The position numbers and the translations under genes are program-made. DNA of 64,000 bases. It comes from an uncultured delta proteobacterium. Its GTDB lineage: Bacteria > Desulfobacterota > Syntrophorhabdia > Syntrophorhabdales > WCHB1-27. Below, in pieces: positions 56,401 through 64,000 of this stretch. The stretch spans positions 32,001 to 96,000 of the forward strand of contig CAWEPK010000016.1 in the NCBI GenBank assembly GCA_963810935.1. Direction: 5' to 3'. Position 1 is the stretch's first letter. Every line of letters starts with the position of its first letter. Under the pieces are notes generated by a model, which did no database searches, had not been told where the DNA came from, and was given only the letters and a program-made list of their open reading frames with translations.

Positions 56401-59400
56401 TTCCAACGCTCACCCTCGGCCCCCCAGGGGTGGTCTCGGTTACGTTGACGCTCCCACCGGCCAGCCCTGAACCGTCGGCCGTTATCGTTTGGGGAGAGCC
56501 GGCGAGGCTTCCGGTGAACGCGACCGACCACGAACCCGGGGTGCCGGTGACGGCAACATTGCCGCTGCCTATGCCCGAAAGGGCCGTTAAGGCGCTTTGC
56601 ACCTGGCCGGCCGTTGCGTTGTAGCCGATGCCGGCTGTTGTCTGGCCGTTGTAGCTGAGGGTGAAGGCTCCGCCCGTTGTCGATCCGGTCAGCGCGACAT
56701 TCTCGACTTCGTTTGCTTTCGGCGCCGCGTTCGTTATCGCGTTGAAAACGTCCTGAAGGGTCGGGCTCGAATTTGTAATTGTGCTCAAATCGACGTTGAA
56801 GGTGGTGCCGTCGGTAAGTGTGACCGTAAAGCCGTCACCCGAGGCGAGGTCCGCACCGGCCCCGTCATTGAGACTCGATAGGGGTGTCGATCCGGTCAAA
56901 CCGGGATCTGTCGCATCCGTCGTAGAGAAGCCGTATTCCAGGGCGGAGAGCAGAGTCTGCGAGCCTGCGTCGAGGGTGACGTTGCCCGAGAACTGTGAAG
57001 CGTCTATCGTAGTTGAGTGAAGTCCGCCTGTAAGTATGGCCGCCTGGACGTTAGTCAAGTTATCCGTCCCGACGGTGGTCCCGTTATTCGCGATAGTCAG
57101 GGTCGAGCTCGCGACGGTGCCGATAAGCGTCATGTTGCTCACGTCCTGCGTCTCGACTATCGTATTCGTGCCCGTCGTGTTGCCCGTAATCGTGTTCGTG
57201 CCGCCGCCGCCCGTGAACATGTTGTTGGCTGGCCCGCCGATGAGGGTGTTGTTATTGGCATCCCCGATGAGGGTGTTGTTTCCCTGCCCGCCCGTCGCGT
57301 TCCAGATGTTGCTGATACCGTTGGTGCCTGTAGCGATGCCAAGGCCTAAATTGACCTCTACGTCCGAATTGTACAGGGAATAGTCGAGGGTGTTGTTCGA
57401 GTAATCGTGGGTGGTACTCGAGAGTGTCCCTGCCAAGGTGCCGTCGAAAATGGCCTGGTCCTGGAACGCGAACGTGTTTGCCCCCGGGCCGCCGATGACG
57501 GCCTGTATGCCCGCAACGCTTGCAAGGGTGTCCCCAAGGGCGTCCGAAACGGACACAGTGCCGTCCGCGTTGAGCGTTACAGCGAGGGTGGGGTTATTTG
57601 TGGCGTTGAGGCCGGAGAAGTCGAGCGTCGCCGTCCCCGTAGCCCCGGTGTTCGTCACGGTAGTGCCCGTGCCCCAGCCGTTTAGGAACTTGAACGTGTC
57701 GTTGCCGCCCCCGTCTGAGAGGGTGTCCGCCCCGCCGCCCGCCGTGATGATGTCGTTCCCGCCTCCGCCCACGATCACATTCGCGCCTGTAGCGCTGGCG
57801 GTCAGGACGTCATTGCCGGGGCCGCCCGTAATATTCTGGATATTCTTTATGCCCGCCGTTCCGGTGGCCGCGCCGAAACCCGTGCTGGGGTTGGCGTTGA
57901 GGTTGACAGTCACGCCCGTCGTATATGCGGAATAGTCGATGGTATTGCTCGTTCCTGTGCCGCCGTTTATGGTGCCGTTGAAACTGCCCTGGTCGTCGAA
58001 GGCGAAGGTGTTGCTGCCAGCGCCACCTATTATCTGGGACACATTGGCGACGTTGCCCAGCGTATTCATCTGGCTGCCGTCGTTAACGGAGACGGTGCCC
58101 GCGTGTATATTAAAGGCGAGGTCTGTGTTTGAGCTGATTTGGGAAAAATCGAGGACATTCGAGCCGGCGCCGCTTGCCGTAACGTTGCCCCAGGTGTCGT
58201 CCTGAGCGGACGTGGACCCGAAGGCGAAGGTGTTGGTGGCGGAGCCCCCTATTACGTTGCTTATGTTGCTGAACGTAGTCTGGACGGAGGATACCGTCGC
58301 GGCGTCTGTTGTAAAGTTGACCGCAACTGCCGTTGTATAATGCGAAAAATCGAGCGTGTTCAGGCCGCCTGAGCCGCCGTTTATCGTGCCTGCGAAGGAG
58401 GCGCCGTTATTAAATGTAAAGGTATTATTGCCGGAGCCCCCGATTAATTGCTCCATGCTTGAGACATTGCTCAAAGTGTGGCCCGAGCCGTCCGAAACGC
58501 TGACTGTCCCTCCCGAGCCTATGGTGAAGGCGAGACTGGACGTAACGGCCGAAAAATCGAGCGTATCCGTCCCGCTTGAATCGGTTATCGTATCGGTTCC
58601 CCAGCCGTTCGAGAACTTGTAAGTGTCATTGCCGCTGCCGCCGATAAGGGTATCGTTCCCGCTGCCCACTATAAGGGTATCGTTACCGCTGCCGGCTGTG
58701 ATCGTATCCGAGCCTGTAGCGCTGGCTGTCAGGGTATCGTTGCCCGAGCCGCCGGTGATGTTCTGTATGTTGCTTATTCCCAGCGTGCCCGTTGCGGTCC
58801 CTGCCTGCAGGTCGACCGTGACGTCCGTCGTATAAGCCGCGTAATTAAGGGTACTCGTGCCCGCTCCGCCGTTTATGGCGCCGGCCAGGGCAGCGCCGGC
58901 GGCGAAAACGAAATTATTCGTGCCGTGGCCGCCGATGATGGACTCTACGCCCGCAACGCCGGTGGAGTCCGGGGTATCGGCTACGGTGTTACCGCCGGCT
59001 GCGACGGATACGCTGCCGTCCGCATTGATATTGAATGTTAGGCCGGACGTGACTGCGGAAAAGTCGAGGGTCTTGATGCCGGTCGTGGCTATGGAGACCG
59101 CGCCCCAGCCGTTTGAAAAGGCGATGGTTGTATTTGCTGTGGCCGAGCCTACCACGTTGTCGATGTTGCTGATGCCCAGCGTGCCCGTGGCGGAGCCTGT
59201 GCCGGACGCCGCCGGTAGGTCGATCGTGACGGCCGTCGTATAAGCCGAGTAATCGATGGTGTTTGCGCCCGTGCCGCCGACGATGGTGCCGGCGAACGTG
59301 CCCCCGTTGTCGAAGACGAAGCGGTTCGTGCCCGACCCGCCGATGACTTCTTGTATGTTGGCTACATCGTTGAGGGTGTCGTTGTTCGCGTCGGTTACCG

Positions 59401-60547
59401 AGACCGTACCGTTGGCATGGAACGTGAAGGTGAGGTTGGAGGTGACGTTGGAGAAATTGAGGACGTTCGTACCGGTCGTGCCTGTGTCGGTAACCGTTGC
59501 ATTGCCCCAATTATCAAGGAATATGTAGTTATCGTCCCCGTCTCCGCCGGTCAGGTTCATATTGGGCGAGCCGGCCGTGTGGTCGGTGAGGAAGTATTTG
59601 TAGCCCTCGACGGAGGTGACCGAGAAGAGGGGCATTGCCGTAACGGCGCCCGTCGCGTAATTAAGGGCCCAGGTCGCATTCGAGCCGTTGCCCATATCTT
59701 CGGTGGATGCCGCGACTACTGTGCCTGTTGCCGCGGCGAGGTCGTTTACGAATTTTACGCCCGATTGTCCGGACGCTACGTCGCACGCATAGAGTAGGAT
59801 ATCGGCCCCGGGCGCGAGCGACGCCTGCCATCCGGAGATCTCCGCCAGCCTGCTCTGAAGAGTTTGGTCATCCAGAACGGTAGTGCCGAGGGTGAGAAGC
59901 CCCGAGCTGCCGTGGGATAATATATAAACGGAACTCACGCCCTGGTATTGCGAGAGCACCTGGGTTATCTGGTCCACGCCGTCTTTGTACGGGTTGAGCA
60001 CGACGATCAGCCTGCCGTTGTCGTCGAACTCCATCTGCTGCCCGTCGCCCGAGGAGGATGTCCCGAAGGCGGAAGGATGGAAGGCTACGTTACTGCCAGA
60101 TGTCTGCCCGGCCCGCCCGCTTTGAAACATGTCCTTGATAAGCTGCGTATAGTCCGTGACGGAGGGGTCGACGAAGACGATTTCCTGTATCGGGCTCGCC
60201 TTCTGCGTGTCTGCGAAGGATTGTTTGGCCGTCCGCACGGCCTGGGATTGGGCGATGTTGAGGTGGTAGTTGGAGGCCGCCGCCATTGCTCCCGATTCGG
60301 CGGACCTTCCGGGTCCCCATCCGGCAGGTCCCTGCAAGTGCCCGGAGGCATCGGAAGCCCACTGTACATGCGCCGGAGCGGCGTGTGCGTCGGCCGCATG
60401 CTTCGCCATCTGGGACGCGATGATACCGCCGGCAGAAGGAAGAATCCTGCGTTCGAGCACTTCGAATTGCATGGCCCGTCGCTGGCGTTTCTCCTGTCGT
60501 TTTACAACTCGTTTCGGGGAGAGCCTTTCTTTCAAGCCGGCTAACAT
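26441..60547 (-). CDS. Giant exoprotein/adhesin of about 11,400 aa (LEPRxLL-type leader, DUF4347, RTX-like and beta-helical repeats), split by small indels
   Basis: ORFs 49706-60547, 35664-49703, 33290-35689, 32887-33702, 32871-33092 and 26441-32941 overlap or abut and join through small frame changes near 49755, 35708, 33898, 33205/33165, 33100 and 32970, continuing the same repeat grammar. N-terminus has FEVLERRILPS, then IVFVDPSV...SHG...LYACD. Confidence 0.85.
26973..27022. repeat. 18-bp tandem repeat (GTGTFT) in the giant gene tail
   Basis: CCGGTTCCGGTGAACGTG twice plus a partial third copy. Confidence 0.8.
27740..28760 (-). repeat. RTX-like tandem modules in the giant protein
   Basis: About three copies of NNIIFGGSGADTITxGNG..IIFGDNGSVxYQSPGVLGTVQxT...NDTITAG. 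Confidence 0.8.
31950..32470 (-). repeat. Near-identical duplicated module (about 280 bp) in the giant protein
   Basis: MTFDPSSSSVVD...GGLNNGQxYYVIPVAGTDKIQLAxTLEDAL twice, with long identical DNA stretches. Confidence 0.85.
32760..33640 (-). repeat. Tandem modules of about 360 bp in the giant protein (about 2.5 copies)
   Basis: LTSTxLxGLGMxGSIxY...LYTGAG...DQSTTD..NVGWG...TSHINALLTVSGD...VLNVSNxAATAAD repeated. Confidence 0.8.
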
Positions 60548-60604
60548 GGTGCTTCCTCCACTCTCATTTCGATGATTCTGGGCCTTTGTCCCCCGGTCGT
60601 TATC

Positions 60605-61960
60605 TTACTGCAGCCACTCGTTAACGGCAGACAGGTCCTGGTCGGAAAGCGTACCGACCGCCTGCTTCAACCTCAGGTTGTTTATGATATATTCGTATCT
60701 GCTCTGGGCGTAGTCCCTTCTGTAGAGGTACAGGTCTCTGGCCGCGTCGAGCACGGCAAGGCTTGCGTACATCCCGGACCTGTAACCCTGCTCCTTGGCG
60801 CGCAGGAGGATCGTCTGGGCCTCTACCGATTTCTTGATGGCGTTCGCCCTGCTCAGGGCCGTCTTCACGCCGTTGTAAAACGTGTTGATCTGACGGATGG
60901 CGAGCCGTTTCTGCTGTTCCAGGGTCTGGCGCCCCTTCTCGTACCGGTTGGTGGCTTCCCTTGTTTTTGACAGTATTACGAGACCTTCGAAGATAGGAAC
61001 GCTGAGCGTGAGCGTGACGTCCTTCGTATCGACCGTTGCCCCGCCGCCGAAGAGAGATCCGCCCATATCGTTACGGTAGTACCGGCCCACCAGGTCGAGG
61101 CTCGGGTAATAGGCCGATTTCTGACGGGAGATTTCGTCCTTGGCCACATCGACATCGAACCCGACGCTTTTTACCTTCAGGTTGTTTTGCAAGCCGGCGT
61201 CCACCCAGGCCTCCGGGTCATCGGGGTCGGGAGAGACGAGGGGCAGGGCATCTTTCAAGGCGCTCACTGCGACGACGCGGTTGCCCGTGATCTCCATCAC
61301 GGCTTGAAGGGCGTCACGGTAATCGTTCTCGGCCTTTACGAGCTGCGAGTTGACCGACGCAAGGCGCGCCTCTGCATCGTACAAGTCCGTGTTAGGCGCG
61401 AGACCCGAGTTGTAGCGCGCTTTTGCTCTTTCGAAGAATACCTCCACGTCCCTCTTTTCCGCTTGCGCAAATGCTATGTTTTCTTTAGCGGCAAGGGTCG
61501 TCAGGTAGGTTTGGGCCACGCGTATCATGAGGTCCTGTTTGGCCATCTCCAGGTCTACGTCGGCCCGTTTCGAGAGTTTTTTTGCCTGTGATATCTCGAT
61601 GAAGAGGGAATATCTGAAGATGGGCTGTACCAGCTTGGCCGTATACAGCTTGGTGTCGTAATTGGCGACGCCCTGGGCGAAGACGGGGTTCGACGTCTTC
61701 ACGATGTCCTGATAAGTCCTGGTGCCGACGCCCTCCAGGCTTACCCCGGGCATGACCCGCCCGCGAGCCTGCTTTATGCTTTCCTTCAGCGCAAGGCTCT
61801 CGAAGGACGCACCCCTTAGCTGGGGGTCCTTGTCAACGGCCTGCCTGTATATATCTATCAGGTCGTCGCCGTACGCCTTCCCCAACGAAATGGCGAGAAC
61901 GGCTACAAGAATAGGGAAACAAATCCAGAGAGGGAAACGTGAAATGATTGCTTGTCTCAT
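60605..61960 (-). CDS. TolC-family outer membrane channel
   Basis: Signal peptide, DDLIDIYRQA, QDLMIRVAQTY, YYPSLDL, LSVPIFEG, LKQAVGTL. Confidence 0.93.
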   Translation of the reverse strand: MRQAIISRFPLWICFPILVAVLAISLGKAYGDDLIDIYRQAVDKDPQLRGASFESLALKESIKQARGRVMPGVSLEGVGTRTYQDIVKTSNPVFAQGVANYDTKLYTAKLVQPIFRYSLFIEISQAKKLSKRADVDLEMAKQDLMIRVAQTYLTTLAAKENIAFAQAEKRDVEVFFERAKARYNSGLAPNTDLYDAEARLASVNSQLVKAENDYRDALQAVMEITGNRVVAVSALKDALPLVSPDPDDPEAWVDAGLQNNLKVKSVGFDVDVAKDEISRQKSAYYPSLDLVGRYYRNDMGGSLFGGGATVDTKDVTLTLSVPIFEGLVILSKTREATNRYEKGRQTLEQQKRLAIRQINTFYNGVKTALSRANAIKKSVEAQTILLRAKEQGYRSGMYASLAVLDAARDLYLYRRDYAQSRYEYIINNLRLKQAVGTLSDQDLSAVNEWLQ

Positions 61961-62102
61961 ATACGGGCCTGCCCCTTTCTGCACTCAGCCCACTTTTTAC
62001 AGTCCCGGGCCTTTCGAATGCATCTGTCCTATGTACGTGAAGAATAAACTTCAAGTCGATAAAATGCACCTCTACCACCGCAGCTAAAAACTGTAATGAA
62101 TC

Positions 62103-62166
62103 AAAAAAGCCGGGCCGTAAAATGAGTAAGACTGGCGTCCCTGGCGGGTCTCATTTTAGTCGCCCG
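62103..62166 (-). terminator. Leader hairpin plus U6 (attenuator-like) upstream of tolC
   Basis: CGGGC-gac-TAAAATGAG...CTCATTTTA-cg-GCCCG-gc-TTTTTT on the minus strand. Confidence 0.55.
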
Positions 62167-62190
62167 TTCCCACTTGTCCGTATGCCCAAT

Positions 62191-62219
62191 GTATTACAAA
62201 GAATCTCTAGATATGTCAA
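62191..62219 (-). promoter_or_regulatory. Sigma70-like promoter of the tolC/giant-protein operon
   Basis: TTGACA-N17-TAATAC (perfect -35, weak -10). Confidence 0.5.
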
Positions 62220-62468
62220 GGATTTTCTGTAATTATGTTGCGGATGGGACATTGTTTGTTATGCCCTTTTTGTATCCTTTGTGAACATGTTTAATTACGC
62301 CCGTTTCGGGGTGCTACGGAAATGTGGGACCGAAAGCGATCCCGGCATGCACGACCCGACGAAAGCCGAAGATTACATTGCGTCCAGACGGCCGCGAGTA
62401 TGTGCGTTTTCGCACATGATTTGCCGAGTCCGAACGGGCTGATTTGAATGGAGTCTTTCCGGCGGTTT

Positions 62469-62509
62469 GAAGAAAGGCTCCACGAGTGAAGCCCGCGAAG
62501 CCTTTCTTC
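62469..62509 (-). terminator. Hairpin after transaldolase
   Basis: GAAGAAAGGCT...AGCCTTTCTTC 11-bp inverted repeat, 10 nt past the stop. Confidence 0.5.
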
Positions 62510-62518
62510 TCATTCTAC

Positions 62519-63163
62519 CTATTTTTTCAGTGATTCATAGTCCTTAAGAAAACGCTCCAGGCCTATATCCGTCAATGGATGCTGCATTAACTGTTTGAGA
62601 ACGTTGAACGGTATCGTTGCTACGTCGGCGCCCATCATTGCTGCGTGGAGGACGTGCAAAGGGTTACGGATGCTTGCTACGATTATCTCGGTATCGATGC
62701 CGTAATTCCCGTATATGGCTATGATCTGCTCGATAACTTCCATGCCGGAGGCGGAGATGTCGTCGAGCCGGCCGACGAACGGGCTGACATAGGACGCCCC
62801 GGCTTTTGCCGCTATAAGCGCCTGCAACGGCTGGAATATAAGCGTCACGTTGGTCCTTATCTTCTCCTGGGACAATACTCTGACGGCTTTTATCCCTTCT
62901 TCCGTCATGGGGATTTTTACTACCACCTGGCTCCCGAGAGAGGCGAGCGTCCTTGCCTCGGCGATCATCCCGTCTGCCTTGGTCGCCAGCACTTCCAGGC
63001 TCACCGGCCCGGACACTAGGGAGAGGACCTCCTTGATTGTCGCGTCGGGGTCCTTCTTTTCCTTGGCCAGGAGGGTCGGGTTCGTCGTGACGCCGTCCAC
63101 CAGTCCCATTTCAAGGCCTTTCCTTATCTCTCCCGCATTGGCCGTGTCTATGAAGAATTTCAT
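62519..63163 (-). CDS. tal: Transaldolase / fructose-6-phosphate aldolase (short family)
   Basis: [43 protein letters not shown]. Confidence 0.93.
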   Translation of the reverse strand: MKFFIDTANAGEIRKGLEMGLVDGVTTNPTLLAKEKKDPDATIKEVLSLVSGPVSLEVLATKADGMIAEARTLASLGSQVVVKIPMTEEGIKAVRVLSQEKIRTNVTLIFQPLQALIAAKAGASYVSPFVGRLDDISASGMEVIEQIIAIYGNYGIDTEIIVASIRNPLHVLHAAMMGADVATIPFNVLKQLMQHPLTDIGLERFLKDYESLKK

Positions 63164-63179
63164 CTCTATCCTCCTGCCT

Positions 63180-63740
63180 TCAGTTGTATTGATCGGAAGT
63201 TTTCCGTTTTTCCTGCCGGTGTTCGTCGAAGGATGCTATCTCTTCGGGTGAGACTTTACGGAAGAGCTCGATGGTCTGTTCCGGGCCGATGCGATCAAGC
63301 CATTCGGAGAGAGGCCGTCCGAAAACGGGGTGGACAAGGCCCGGCTCTATCTCCAGGCACGGGACGATGGTGAACCTTCTCTCGTGCACCCTTGGATGGG
63401 GTATCGTGAGCCCCGGCTCGTCCATTGTCATATCTCCGAAAAAAAGTATGTCGAGATCTAGGGTGCGCGGTCCGAGCCGGACCGTCCTACTTCTGTTCCT
63501 TTCATCCTCGACCGCCTGGAGAAAGGCGAGAAGCTCGCGGGGCGAGCCCTGCCATTCGACTTTGAGCGCGCAGTTGAGATAATCGTCCTGGCTTACGGGC
63601 GAGACGGGCGCGGTGCGATAAAAAGATGAGAGGGCGACGAGCGCCGCCCTCTCATTCCGGATTATCCGTTTCAGCCCCGAAAGAAGGTTTTCCAAGGGGT
63701 CGATATTAGAGCCTGCACCTATGAACGCGACCCCCGCCAT
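63180..63740 (-). CDS. folK: 2-amino-4-hydroxy-6-hydroxymethyldihydropteridine diphosphokinase
   Basis: [33 protein letters not shown]. Confidence 0.93.
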   Translation of the reverse strand: MAGVAFIGAGSNIDPLENLLSGLKRIIRNERAALVALSSFYRTAPVSPVSQDDYLNCALKVEWQGSPRELLAFLQAVEDERNRSRTVRLGPRTLDLDILFFGDMTMDEPGLTIPHPRVHERRFTIVPCLEIEPGLVHPVFGRPLSEWLDRIGPEQTIELFRKVSPEEIASFDEHRQEKRKTSDQYN

Positions 63741-63744
63741 GTCT

Positions 63745-63936
63745 TCAGGATGTCTTAGGCTTCTCCTGGTCGCCCTTTGGCGTCACGTCTATTTCGCCGG
63801 GCTCCTTGATCGACTTCTTGAAGCTATTTATCCCCTTACCGATTGCGCCGCCGATCTCAGGGAGCTTACCGGCGCCGAAAATGATCAGCACAATGACCAT
63901 GATCACGATCAACTCAGGGAAACCGAGTCCGAACAT
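63745..63936 (-). CDS. tatA: Twin-arginine translocase subunit TatA
   Basis: [49 protein letters not shown] before ATG 63936. Confidence 0.95.
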   Translation of the reverse strand: MFGLGFPELIVIMVIVLIIFGAGKLPEIGGAIGKGINSFKKSIKEPGEIDVTPKGDQEKPKTS

Positions 63937-64000
63937 GTGTTCCCTCCTTGTGATGCTTACATACAGGCGAGCCTCCGTGCCGAACAAGTTTTTTGCCGGC

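Noticed and set aside
26441..60547. Many plus-strand ORFs across the giant gene, and treating its pieces as separate genes
   Set aside because: The antisense ORFs come from codon bias in a repetitive gene. The pieces lack their own leaders and join seamlessly.
62103..62460. c-di-GMP-I (GEMM) or another known riboswitch upstream of tolC
   Set aside because: I could not place the conserved GGCAAAC/GCAAAG elements. Only a generic hairpin is supported.
63745..63936. TatA as part of the giant-protein export system
   Set aside because: It belongs to a separate tatA-folK-tal unit, and the giant protein has no Tat motif with a hydrophobic core.

Overview
GC-rich (about 60%) bacterial DNA. The gene content resembles a Desulfobacterota/Syntrophorhabdus-type anaerobe, which is an inference only. 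Four blocks are visible. (1) 1-11.5 kb is a phosphate-starvation island: PIN-PhoH, an orphan PhoB-like regulator, PstS followed by a hybrid sensor kinase, and a four-gene operon of a carboxylate-amine-ligase-like protein, a pyruvoyl decarboxylase (PSD-like), an Lgt-like diacylglyceryl transferase and DedA. All four transcription units carry the same 11-bp-periodic TT(A/C)A(C/T) boxes ending 10-11 nt before a -10-like hexamer, so the operon is a candidate undescribed phosphorus-sparing lipid pathway. (2) 11.6-14.7 kb holds small housekeeping and general-stress genes: enoyl-CoA hydratase, a CHAP-like protein, csbD with a nonsense codon, BON, DUF1328 and a Gly-rich protein. (3) 14.9-18.9 kb is a tailoring cassette (DUF3467-fused enzyme, radical SAM, unknown protein, O-methyltransferase) converging on block 4. 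(4) 19-62 kb is a minus-strand secretion locus: TolC, one giant LEPRxLL/DUF4347 exoprotein of about 11,400 aa broken by small indels, DUF3467, GAF-HlyD, PqqD-like/M50/HlyD, a truncated SecA-type ATPase and a membrane fusion protein, with no ABC transporter. The window ends with tatA-folK-transaldolase. Scattered small indels suggest consensus errors in the assembly.
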